Assembly: GCA_965208545.1 (NCBI GenBank)
Contig: OZ242341.1
Location: forward strand, 543,380-607,379
Origin: Candidatus Poriferisocius sp.
GTDB taxonomy: Bacteria; Actinomycetota; Acidimicrobiia; Acidimicrobiales; Bin134
Length of the DNA stretch: 64,000 nt
Direction: 5' to 3'
The notes beneath the pieces are model-generated. The model did not search any database. It was not told the DNA's origin and was given only the letters and a program-made list of their open reading frames with translations. Within the stretch, counting starts at the first letter, position 1, and each line of letters starts with the position of its first letter. Of this stretch, positions 16,566 to 24,880 are shown in pieces. Made by a program: the position numbers and the translations under genes.

Positions 16566-16820
16566 TCATGGATTCGAAGACCGGGTTGTGTGGGCGGCCC
16601 GGATTGCCGAGCGGTAGGCCGAGCGCCGGCGATTGAGGGCGTCCAGCGTGAAGTAGGCCACTAAGGCCAGCAGGGCCAGCACCACCCCGGTCTGCCCCCA
16701 GCGACCGACGTCCAGCCACAAATCGCCGACGATGTGCAGGAATTCGTCGTTCATCCCCGTCAAATACAGAAACGCCCCCAACCCGGGAAAGAACCAGGGG
16801 AGCTTCCGCAGCGGGTTCAC
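16566..16820 (-). CDS. small membrane protein, hypothetical
   Basis: Two hydrophobic segments. The GTG start forms a GTGA overlap with the upstream acyl-CoA dehydrogenase stop. Confidence 0.45.
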   Translation of the reverse strand: MNPLRKLPWFFPGLGAFLYLTGMNDEFLHIVGDLWLDVGRWGQTGVVLALLALVAYFTLDALNRRRSAYRSAIRAAHTTRSSNP

Positions 16821-18061
16821 CGTTCGCCCTTTGCGGTGCCGAACTGATCGCCTTCTTTGCCGAATACCAGATAGGAGGCTGCTTCCAAACGGCCCCGCTC
16901 GGCGGGAAAGCCTTGTACCAATCCCATCGATAGGTCGCGCAGACCCCGCGAAATCGCCCCCGCCATCCCGGTGTTGCCGGTGCCGCAGGCCTTGAGGGCC
17001 TGTACCGCTACCTGGAAGCAGTTGTCGGCGATCTCTCCCTTGGCCACTCGCCAGTTGGCCACCACATCGTCTTTGGGAATGATCTCGGGGTCGGCCGTTT
17101 CCAGCAGGATCTGGCGCCGGGCCCAGAGGTAGGCGGTGTCGAGGTGGGCTCGCATCTTGCCGATGAGCTGCCGGTGGAGGTCGCTGCCGCCGATGGGCTC
17201 ATCGGTGCCGTGGTAGGTGGTGGTGGTCAAGAAGTGCAGCGCAAAGTCGTACACCGCTTGGGCGGCGCCGATGTACACCGACGACAGCGCCACCTGGTTG
17301 CCGACGAAGCTGCCCCGACTCACCTGGGTCATCTTGACAAACGTTGCTGGCACGGTGAGCGCATTCTCTTCAGGCACGAAGGCGTTTTCAAGAACGATGC
17401 CGTGGGTGGCGGTTGCCCGCATCCCGATGGCATCCCACTTGGCCCGCTCGCTCACCCCCGGCGTGTCCCGGGGAATCAAGAACACGGCCAAGTGCTCCGC
17501 GGTGTCGCCGGTGTCAAGCTTGGCCGTCACCAGGTAGTCGTCGGCCACTCCGGTGGCGCAACCGAACGACTTCACGCCGTTCAGCAGCCAACCGCCATCG
17601 GTGCGCGAGGCCTCAGTGGCGATGGTTACCGCAGCGTCCTTCGACCGGACTGACTCGCTGGCGAAATTGGCCACCCAGCGGCCCTCTTCACCCATGCGGC
17701 GCAGCACCTTCTCGCCGAACGACCGCACCACCGGCACCTCGTCGTCGGCGAACAGACCGGCCTCGATGGCGGCCAAGGGGAGCAAGCCCCGAGATGAGCC
17801 GCTGCACTGGAAGAAGTAGGCCAGCGACGTTGACGGACAGGCTGTGGCCATGGCGAAAGTGGCTGCGGCCAGATCGCGCAGCCCTCCTCCGAGTCCCCCA
17901 TAGGCGGTGGGAACGGTGAGACCCAACAGGCCCGCCTCCGAGATGGTGCGGACATGCTCGAGGGGGAACTCTCCCAGCCCGTCGGCTTCAACGGCTCGCT
18001 CGGCCAAGGCGGGCAGCACCTGGTCAACCCGACAGGCCCGCTCACGCTCAGCTTCGGTCAT
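16817..18061 (-). CDS. acyl-CoA dehydrogenase family protein
   Basis: The GLLGLTVPTAYGGLGG motif and overall ACAD layout. ATG 18061 is chosen. An alternative TTG start is at 18112. Confidence 0.75.
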   Translation of the reverse strand: MTEAERERACRVDQVLPALAERAVEADGLGEFPLEHVRTISEAGLLGLTVPTAYGGLGGGLRDLAAATFAMATACPSTSLAYFFQCSGSSRGLLPLAAIEAGLFADDEVPVVRSFGEKVLRRMGEEGRWVANFASESVRSKDAAVTIATEASRTDGGWLLNGVKSFGCATGVADDYLVTAKLDTGDTAEHLAVFLIPRDTPGVSERAKWDAIGMRATATHGIVLENAFVPEENALTVPATFVKMTQVSRGSFVGNQVALSSVYIGAAQAVYDFALHFLTTTTYHGTDEPIGGSDLHRQLIGKMRAHLDTAYLWARRQILLETADPEIIPKDDVVANWRVAKGEIADNCFQVAVQALKACGTGNTGMAGAISRGLRDLSMGLVQGFPAERGRLEAASYLVFGKEGDQFGTAKGER

Positions 18062-18121
18062 GTCCTCAACCAGTGTCTCGCCGGTTGCCCGATTCGTGGC
18101 CTCAGCTTCCAATGCCGCTCC

Positions 18122-19396
18122 TCATTCTCTGGCTGCCAGCAAGCCAAGCATGAGGTCGGCCTCGCCGGCGTTAGCCCCTTGGAAAGAGCCAAACGTGTGG
18201 CCGCTCCAGACAACCCACCCATCGGCGGCCGCATCCAGACCGGTGGCGTCATCGACGGCACCGGTGCCAAATTGCTGTATTTCGACCAATTTGCCATCGA
18301 GGTCGAGCCAGACCAACGCCGCGTCCCGCTCGCCCCGCGAACTGCCCTCTCCCACCAGGTCGCCGACAACGCTCCCGGTGACAACGATGTGACTTCCGGC
18401 CTGGCGAATCTCGAATGCCGAATCGGCGCCTGGTGTTCCCCCCTGCCAGCGCCATTGCTCGTTGCCGTCGGCATCGAGCGACACCACGATCATGTCCCGC
18501 TCACCGGCGTGGTCGGCCGCGAAGGAACCCTCGGTGGAACCGGCCAACAGCACTCCGCCATCAGGGCCCAAGCCCACTCCCTGGGTCCAGTCGAGGGCCG
18601 ACGTACCCAGCTGAACAGCCCATGCCTGGTTGCCGTCGGGCCGGAGACGCACCACAAACAGGTCCTTGTCGCCAGCATTGGTCCCGCCGAGATCACCCTC
18701 GGTGTACCCGGTCAAGTACAGCCCGCCATCGGGGGCCAGCGCCGAGCCCTGGCCCCAGTCAGTGGCGTCGGTGCCTATGTGGCGGATCCACTCCTGGTTG
18801 CCGTCGGCGTCGAATTTGGCGGCAAAGCCATCGAATCCCCCAAGGTCGGTGTCGGGGTCGAGCGCTCCAGCGGAGTAGCCGGTGATGTAGGCACCGCCGT
18901 CAAAGGCGGCTACGTCGAAACCGCGGTCCCAGGCGGGCCCGCCGAACTGCCGGCGCCACTGCTCATTGCCGTCGGCGTCGAACCGGGCCAGCCACACGTC
19001 GGCCGATCCCTGATTGGGGGAGGCAAAGTCGCCTTCGGTGAAGCCACCGACGTAGATCGAACCGTCAGGCGCCACCGACACCCCCAGAGGCGAGTCGTTC
19101 TTGGGCCCGCCGTCCTGCCACGACCACCGAAGCTCGCCGGTGGGCGAATACCGGGCCAGATACACATCCCGCTGACCCTGGTTTTCGCTGGCCAGGCTGC
19201 CCTCAGTGGCCGCGGCCAGTACCACATCGCCATTGGGGGCAACCGACACGCCAAATGTGGTATCGGGCATCTCGCTGCCGGATTGGATGCTCCAATCCTG
19301 TGGAGCGGCGGCTTTTGGTTCGGAATCGCCCCCACAGGCCACCGAGGCAACAGCGACGACCCCGACAACAGCCAGAGCCGTCTTGATGCTGATCAC
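18122..19396 (-). CDS. secreted lipoprotein with beta-propeller repeats (SBBP-like)
   Basis: Signal plus lipobox VASVACGG. About 8 repeats of the pattern GxxVAPDGxxYxxGxTxGxLxxxNxGxxDxxLxRxxxxGxxxW. Confidence 0.7.
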   Translation of the reverse strand: MISIKTALAVVGVVAVASVACGGDSEPKAAAPQDWSIQSGSEMPDTTFGVSVAPNGDVVLAAATEGSLASENQGQRDVYLARYSPTGELRWSWQDGGPKNDSPLGVSVAPDGSIYVGGFTEGDFASPNQGSADVWLARFDADGNEQWRRQFGGPAWDRGFDVAAFDGGAYITGYSAGALDPDTDLGGFDGFAAKFDADGNQEWIRHIGTDATDWGQGSALAPDGGLYLTGYTEGDLGGTNAGDKDLFVVRLRPDGNQAWAVQLGTSALDWTQGVGLGPDGGVLLAGSTEGSFAADHAGERDMIVVSLDADGNEQWRWQGGTPGADSAFEIRQAGSHIVVTGSVVGDLVGEGSSRGERDAALVWLDLDGKLVEIQQFGTGAVDDATGLDAAADGWVVWSGHTFGSFQGANAGEADLMLGLLAARE

Positions 19397-19397
19397 A

Positions 19398-20162
19398 TCA
19401 GGCCGCAGCGCGGCCGCTCCTGCGCTGGCGGATCCACAGCGCCAAAAGGGCGAGCACGACGACCACGATGATCACGGGAAGCAGCCAGACCAAAACTGAG
19501 CTGCCGTCGTCGTCATCGTCGTCGGCGGGTGTGGCGGCTTGAACCGGGGCCTCAGTTGGCTCGGGCTCCGGGGCCGGGGCAGCCGCGGCCTCGGTTGGCT
19601 CCGGCTCGGGTTCTGGAGTGGGTTCGGGCTCGGGGGCCTCGGTTGGCTCCGGTTCCGGTTCTGGTGTGGGTTCGGGCTCGGGGGCCTCGGTTGGCTCCGG
19701 CTCCGGTTCGGGCTCGGGCTCGGCTGCGCTGGCGGCGGCAAAAGTAATCGCCTGCCCGGCGTAGTTGGCGTTACCGCCAATGCCGTCCCCAGCCACGATG
19801 AAACACGAGTTGTCTACATCGCACCGTCCGGGTACCACGGCCACCGGATAGTCGTAGGTGGCGGTGCCGTCGTCGCCGATCGTCACGATGTGCATCCCGT
19901 AATTGCTCAGCTCGCAATCGGCTGGCCCAACAGCCGGGAAGTTGAAGCAGGTGACGATCGTGGCGGTATTGCCCGGCAGCCAACTGGTAAGCGTTACGGT
20001 TACAACCTCGCCGTCTTCGATGTCCTCGCTCTTGGAGAGCTCCAGGGTTTCTCCGTTGTGCCCCAAACCGTGGTCGGCAGTTGCCACCGGTACAACAGAC
20101 AAACCGACAAGGGTGATGGCGACACCAGCAATCAGCAACCGTCGAATAGTGCGATCCAACAT
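19398..20162 (-). CDS. membrane-anchored secreted protein: neocarzinostatin-like Ig-fold domain + PEPT-rich linker + poly-Asp tract + C-terminal TM helix
   Basis: AGGAGG RBS and a signal peptide. The Cys pattern (TCFN..ADCE..GRCDVDNSCF..AITF) resembles apo-neocarzinostatin family proteins. The C-terminus has LLPVIIVVVVLALLALW followed by RQRR. Confidence 0.55.
   Translation of the reverse strand: MLDRTIRRLLIAGVAITLVGLSVVPVATADHGLGHNGETLELSKSEDIEDGEVVTVTLTSWLPGNTATIVTCFNFPAVGPADCELSNYGMHIVTIGDDGTATYDYPVAVVPGRCDVDNSCFIVAGDGIGGNANYAGQAITFAAASAAEPEPEPEPEPTEAPEPEPTPEPEPEPTEAPEPEPTPEPEPEPTEAAAAPAPEPEPTEAPVQAATPADDDDDDGSSVLVWLLPVIIVVVVLALLALWIRQRRSGRAAA
19545..19721 (-). repeat. in-frame 48-bp (16-aa TEAPEPEPTPEPEPEP) tandem repeats encoding a Pro/Glu/Thr linker
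   Basis: Two perfect 16-aa units plus partial flanking units are visible in the translation and the DNA. Confidence 0.85.
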
Positions 20163-20277
20163 TTGTTTCCCCTCCTAGTGCCCCGTGAGCGGCATTGGAT
20201 TTCTTGGCATTTCGAATTGCGTAGCGGCGTTGCGGACAAGTGTGCCATTGCCCGCAATGACGGACTTAGGCTAGAAC

Positions 20278-20303
20278 GAAACAGTGTTCCGGTCAACGAA
20301 ACA
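20278..20303 (+). promoter_or_regulatory. operator-like motif copy S3: GAAAC-ag-TGTTCC-ggtcaa-CGAAACA
   Basis: Same spacing as S1, S2 and S4. It lies at the end of the 121-bp divergent intergenic region and overlaps the GTG start (20284) of the FG-GAP gene. Confidence 0.55.
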
Positions 20304-21870
20304 CATAGGGCTTGCCCTGGGCATGGCGTTTGCCCTGCTCATCTCGTCCTGTGGTGGCAGCAGCCCGCAGCAGCCGGCCGCAGTCAGCCCTCAGCCGACT
20401 GCTCCCCCTGAATCGGCCACGCCTCCGCCGACTGCTTCTGCTGAACCCGCTCCCCCTGAATCGGCCACGCCTCCGCCGATTGCTCCCCCTGAACCCGCTA
20501 CTGAAGAGGCGGCCCCGGATGACGAGAGCCCCGATGAAGCGGCCCCGGCGGGAGAGAGCCCTGGTGAAGCAGCCCCGTCGGACGACCCGGTGCCCCGCGA
20601 CGTCGAGGGCAACATCATTCCCCCCGATGTGCCACCGACAACAGCAGCCGACCAGCGGTTTTCGATCACGGTGGTCGAAGACTTCGCCGATGGTCCGGCA
20701 GGCGCCGAAGCGGCCGACATGGACGGTGACGGAGATCTCGACCTGGTGGTCAACTCCTTCGGCTGGCGGGGGATCAACCCAACACCAGTGCAATTCCCCC
20801 CGGGTTCCCTCACGGTGTACTGGAACGGCGGCCGCGGACTGGCCGACTGGACTCCACAGCCCCTGATCACCCGTGAAGACGGGATCTACTTTCCCAACGA
20901 AGCACTGCCCCATGACATCGACGGTGACGGCGATCTCGACTTGCTGATCAGCGGCGGCTTCTTCGTGTGCGAGTTCAACCCGGCGGTGGGCCCTTGCGGC
21001 GCGCTGTTCTGGCTGGAGAACTCCGAGGGCGACTGGATTCGCCGGGACATCGTTCCCAGCGGGTCACCGCACTTCTACCACCGGGCGGAGTTCGTCGACA
21101 TCGACCACGACGGCGTGGACGATCTCATCACTGTGGCCGAGCTACTCGACGACGCCGAGGCGCAGTGGTTCAAAGGCACCGAGGGGCCCAACCGGTTCGA
21201 GCCGACGCCGCGAGTCATCGGCCGGGGAGGGGGAAGCCTCCCGGTGGTCTATGACGTGGACGGCGACGGCGACATGGACTTGGCCTCCGGCCAATACTTC
21301 TTGGAAGGCCAGTCGTATGTGTGGTTTGAGAATGTCGAGCCGCCCTCGGACACCCGTCCCGAAGGAGTTTGGGAGCGTCACGACATCACCGACTCACAGG
21401 GCCGCACCATCCAGCTGTCGGTGATTCCCGATCTGTACGGCGATGGCACCGAGGGCTGGATAGGTTCCAACCACGTTCCCACTCCCGAGACCCCCGATGA
21501 CCACGAAGCCGGTATCTACATCATGGAGCCGCCATCTGACCCCCGGCTGCCCTGGGGTCAGAGGATGATCAGCCATGGCATCGAGTCGCGTCCCACAGTC
21601 GGGGCCGCGTTTCAGGCCGCGCCTGGGGTGTTCTCATGGGGCGACGTGGACAACGACGGCGACATCGACCTCACCGTTTCTGGAGACGGCGACGACCGGG
21701 TGTTCTGGTTCGAACAGACAACCCCCGGCCAGTTCACCCAGCATGTACTGGCTGAGTCGTTCGCCCAAGCGGCCGGCGGGACGGTGGCCGACCTCGACGG
21801 TGATGGCGACAACGAAGTCGTGTTCACCAGCTATGAGACCCACGAGGTGCTGATCTTCAGCCTCTCCTGA
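20284..21870 (+). CDS. FG-GAP/VCBS-repeat lipoprotein
   Basis: Signal plus lipobox LLISSCGG. Ca-binding repeat cores DMDGDGDLDL, DIDGDGDLDL, DIDHDGVDDL, DVDGDGDMDL, DVDNDGDIDL, DLDGDGDNEV. Confidence 0.8.
   Translation: MFRSTKHIGLALGMAFALLISSCGGSSPQQPAAVSPQPTAPPESATPPPTASAEPAPPESATPPPIAPPEPATEEAAPDDESPDEAAPAGESPGEAAPSDDPVPRDVEGNIIPPDVPPTTAADQRFSITVVEDFADGPAGAEAADMDGDGDLDLVVNSFGWRGINPTPVQFPPGSLTVYWNGGRGLADWTPQPLITREDGIYFPNEALPHDIDGDGDLDLLISGGFFVCEFNPAVGPCGALFWLENSEGDWIRRDIVPSGSPHFYHRAEFVDIDHDGVDDLITVAELLDDAEAQWFKGTEGPNRFEPTPRVIGRGGGSLPVVYDVDGDGDMDLASGQYFLEGQSYVWFENVEPPSDTRPEGVWERHDITDSQGRTIQLSVIPDLYGDGTEGWIGSNHVPTPETPDDHEAGIYIMEPPSDPRLPWGQRMISHGIESRPTVGAAFQAAPGVFSWGDVDNDGDIDLTVSGDGDDRVFWFEQTTPGQFTQHVLAESFAQAAGGTVADLDGDGDNEVVFTSYETHEVLIFSLS
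20401..20496 (+). repeat. in-frame 48-bp tandem repeat x2 encoding APPESATPPP(T/I)A..EP linker
   Basis: gctccccctgaatcggccacgcctccgccga.tgct.c..ctgaaccc occurs twice in succession. Confidence 0.9.
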
Positions 21871-23071
21871 GAATGCCGACCTCCTCGAGTTCGCCCCGCA
21901 TGGCGTTCACTGCATTGATCATGCTGGCTTGGAGCATGTAGGCCCGGGCCTCATCGGGGTCGGCAGCCCGAGCCGCCATCTGGTCGAGGGCCCGTTGGCG
22001 GGCCGCGCCGTCGGGAGCGGCCAGGCTCTGGGCGTTCTCGTGGGTATGCCGTCTGACGTAGTCGATGGCCAGGTTCCGCCGCAGCTCGGCGTGGTGAGCC
22101 AGTCGATCAGCGCCGATGCCGCCCCGCAGCACGGCGGCCAATGACGCTCCCAGCAGCACAGCATCGTGGATGCCCCCGTTCATGCCCATGCCCCCCAGCG
22201 GATTGTTGATGTGGGCGGCATCACCCATGAGGGCCACCCGGCCGACCAGGAAGCGATCGGCCACCCGCTGGTGGACCCGGTAGATGGTTCGATGGGCTAC
22301 TTCGTAGGGCTCATGGCGGGCCACAATCCCCTGGAGCCTTCGTTGGGCGCTCTGGTCGCTGAGCGCCTCGGCGTCGGTCTCGTCATCGCCAACGGGAAAC
22401 AGCGCCCGCCAAAGATCCAGGGTTCGCAGCAGCACCAGCCACTCATCCGGATCGGAGATGTAGTTGACGTAGGCCAGGTCGTCGAGGTAGTCGGCCATCT
22501 CGAATGGGGTGGACAGAACCAGGTAGCGGTCTTCGTAGGTCATGCCTTCGAATTCCAGCCCCAGTGATTTGCGCACCGCGCTGGCCGCGCCGTCGGCCGC
22601 CACCACCGCATCGGCGACCAGCGTTTCGCCCGAGGCCAGGCGGGCCGAGGCGGAATCGCCGCGATCGACAGCACCCACCACCTCGGCGCCGAATCTGACG
22701 GCGACATTGGCCATCGAGCGGAATCGGTCGAGCATGATCTCGCACAGCTTGTACTGCTCGCATTGCAGTCGGTACGGGTGGTTGGTCACATCGGCCAGAG
22801 TTCCGAGGTCGAACTCGGCCACCACTCCCTGACGCCGATCCCGATAGGCGAAACGGGGGGCGATCAGGCCGCGGCGGACCATCTCATCGTTGACGCCGAA
22901 GCGGTCGAGCAGATCCAGCGTGGCGGGGTGAAAGGTGGATGCCCGCAACTCTCGGGGCAGCTCGGGAGCAGCTTCCAGCAGCGTCACCTCGATGCCGCCC
23001 GACGCCAGCATGGCGCTGGCCACACACCCGACCGGGCCGGCGCCGACAACGATGGCGTGGGGCGGCCGCAC
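21857..23071 (-). CDS. FAD-dependent aromatic-ring monooxygenase (UbiH/PheA family)
   Basis: GTG start. Dinucleotide-binding motif IVVGAGPVGCVASAML, and GDAAH at MGDAAHINNPLGGMGMN. Confidence 0.8.
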   Translation of the reverse strand: MRPPHAIVVGAGPVGCVASAMLASGGIEVTLLEAAPELPRELRASTFHPATLDLLDRFGVNDEMVRRGLIAPRFAYRDRRQGVVAEFDLGTLADVTNHPYRLQCEQYKLCEIMLDRFRSMANVAVRFGAEVVGAVDRGDSASARLASGETLVADAVVAADGAASAVRKSLGLEFEGMTYEDRYLVLSTPFEMADYLDDLAYVNYISDPDEWLVLLRTLDLWRALFPVGDDETDAEALSDQSAQRRLQGIVARHEPYEVAHRTIYRVHQRVADRFLVGRVALMGDAAHINNPLGGMGMNGGIHDAVLLGASLAAVLRGGIGADRLAHHAELRRNLAIDYVRRHTHENAQSLAAPDGAARQRALDQMAARAADPDEARAYMLQASMINAVNAMRGELEEVGILRRG

Positions 23072-23077
23072 GACCGG

Positions 23078-23824
23078 TCAGAACTCGCGCAGCATCATCC
23101 CGTGGCCCACGAACTGGTCGTTGATGTCCAGCGTGCGCAACGCGTGCCACAGGCAGATGGCGTTGATGGCCAGCACCGGCTTGTCCAGCCAGCGTTCGGC
23201 CTGGTCGGCCACCTCGACCATCGACAAGTTGGTGCCGCACTGCACGATGGCGTCGATGTCGTCGCCATCGAGCTCTTTGAGCACCCCGACCAGTGTCTCG
23301 GGAGTCACGTCGGCGATGGATGTGGCCGAATCGCAGCGCAGGCCGTGCACCCGCTTCACCTCGTAGCCGCACTCGGTGAAGTAGCCGTACACCTGCTCGT
23401 CGGCCGCTGGCTGGTAGGGCGTCAGGCAGGCGATGCGCGACACGCCGAGGCGTTCCAATGCGGCGTTGCAGGCCGCCGCGCCGGATGTGATCCCGATGTC
23501 GCCGGCGATTTCCGCCACCCGAGCCTGGAAGGCGGCGTTGCCCTCTTTGCCTCCCCAGAATGTCTCGGCCGACATCCCCATGAGCAGGTGATCGGGTTTG
23601 CAGGTCATAAGGTCGTGTACCGCGGTGGGGATGGTCTGGCGGATCAGGTCCAGAAAGTGCAGGAATGCCTCGTCGGTGCTCAAGTCGGGTGCCTCCACCA
23701 AGAAGCGCCCACTGTGGAACGTGACGCCCGGGGGCCGCACCCGGGCGAAGTCGTGCTCGACCACCGTGTTGGTCGACGGCACGATGACCCCGATCTTGGC
23801 CCGGTAGCCGACAACATCAGGCAT
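23078..23824 (-). CDS. Asp/Glu/hydantoin-racemase-fold protein, maleate cis-trans isomerase / arylmalonate decarboxylase-like
   Basis: IGVIVPSTNTVVEHDF at the N-terminus and a second half-domain with CGTNLS, typical of maleate isomerase-like proteins. Confidence 0.65.
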   Translation of the reverse strand: MPDVVGYRAKIGVIVPSTNTVVEHDFARVRPPGVTFHSGRFLVEAPDLSTDEAFLHFLDLIRQTIPTAVHDLMTCKPDHLLMGMSAETFWGGKEGNAAFQARVAEIAGDIGITSGAAACNAALERLGVSRIACLTPYQPAADEQVYGYFTECGYEVKRVHGLRCDSATSIADVTPETLVGVLKELDGDDIDAIVQCGTNLSMVEVADQAERWLDKPVLAINAICLWHALRTLDINDQFVGHGMMLREF

Positions 23825-23852
23825 TGGCGTCCCTCTCGACTCGCTCTATTGC

Positions 23853-23878
23853 GGAATGATGTTCCGCTCTAAGGAACA
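23853..23878 (+). promoter_or_regulatory. operator-like motif copy S4 (degenerate): GGAAT-ga-TGTTCC-gctcta-AGGAACA
   Basis: Same block spacing as S1-S3, with 3 mismatches. It lies 28 nt upstream of the minus-strand gene start 23824 and 72 nt upstream of the tRNA. Confidence 0.45.
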
Positions 23879-23949
23879 CTAGCCGTCCCTGTCTGAGCAG
23901 CAATTGTCGGCCCCTGACCGTTGCCGGTTGGCTATAGTGCCGGGCACCC

Positions 23950-24023
23950 GCGGGTGTAGTTCAGTGGTAGAACCCCAGCTTCCCAAGCTGATGACGCGAG
24001 TTCGATTCTCGTCACCCGCTCCA
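23950..24023 (+). tRNA. tRNA-Gly (anticodon CCC), CCA encoded
   Basis: A cloverleaf can be folded by hand. Acceptor GCGGGTG/CACCCGC, D arm GTTC-AGTGGTA-GAAC, anticodon loop TTCCCAA, T arm GCGAG-TTCGATT-CTCGT, discriminator T, then CCA. Confidence 0.9.
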
Positions 24024-24025
24024 CG

Positions 24026-24832
24026 ATGAGCAGCTATCTCGGAGAGATCTACCTGGGCACGGTGGCCATCGAGCCCAACCGTTGGGGATTGGCCGAACCC
24101 GGCGGCCACCCCCTTGCTCGGGTGTCCGAGTGGCTAACGAGCATTGCCGATGCCGGATTCGACGGCTTGGAGCTGTGGGAGCGCCACGCCCGGTCGGTGC
24201 CCGGCGAGGAACTCGACGCGCTGCTGGCCTCGGAGGTCCCCATCAGGATCCTGAGTTGCTATACGAGTTGGGACGAACCCGATGATGCCGATCGGGCCGA
24301 GACGGCGGCGTGGATTGAGCGGGTGGGAGCACAGGGTGTCAAGTTCAATGTGGGTAGCGACCCCGACTCCATCGCCGACTACACCGAACGGCTCCGGCGG
24401 TTTGAAGCCGAGGTGCCCGACGGCGCCCGGCTGCTGTGCGAGTGCCACTTCGGCACGGTGGCCGAGGATCCCAACGTGGCCCGCGACATGTTCGACTCCA
24501 TCGCCGACGCCGATCGATTGGGGGCCATCGTCCACGTCCACCCCGGAGCCAGAGACGAGTGGTCGGAGCCGTTGGGGGTGCTCGGAGATCGGGTCCGACA
24601 CGTTCACGTTCAGGTTGCCGAATACCCCCAAAACACCAGTGCCGACGAGCTGGGCGAAGTACTGCGGCCGGCCGCCGAAGCCATAAGCGCCACATCACCG
24701 ACCGCCACCTGGACCATTGAGTTTTCATACGGCATGTGGGGCTTCGGTCGCGACGACGCCGAACTCGACAACCCGGCCTACATCCTTCAATCCGCCCAGC
24801 GCGACCTCGCAGCCCTCCGAGCAGCTCTCTAG
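24026..24832 (+). CDS. sugar phosphate isomerase/epimerase (xylose-isomerase-like TIM barrel)
   Basis: ADAGFDGLELWERH and later conserved His/Glu positions. The ATG lies only 2 nt after the tRNA CCA end. Confidence 0.65.
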   Translation: MSSYLGEIYLGTVAIEPNRWGLAEPGGHPLARVSEWLTSIADAGFDGLELWERHARSVPGEELDALLASEVPIRILSCYTSWDEPDDADRAETAAWIERVGAQGVKFNVGSDPDSIADYTERLRRFEAEVPDGARLLCECHFGTVAEDPNVARDMFDSIADADRLGAIVHVHPGARDEWSEPLGVLGDRVRHVHVQVAEYPQNTSADELGEVLRPAAEAISATSPTATWTIEFSYGMWGFGRDDAELDNPAYILQSAQRDLAALRAAL

Positions 24833-24880
24833 TTCCGAATGCCGAGGGAACCCGCGACGGGTCTGAGGCGTCAAACAGGT

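Noticed and set aside
17954-19471. 505-aa plus-strand ORF antisense to the beta-propeller lipoprotein gene
   Set aside because: It has shadow-ORF composition. The opposite strand encodes a coherent signal peptide plus repeat protein.
19545-19721. Regular 48-bp repeats that could be mistaken for a CRISPR-like array (also 20401-20496 and 57840-57930)
   Set aside because: There are no unique spacers. The repeats are in frame inside lipoprotein or surface-protein genes and encode Pro/Glu/Thr/Ala linkers.
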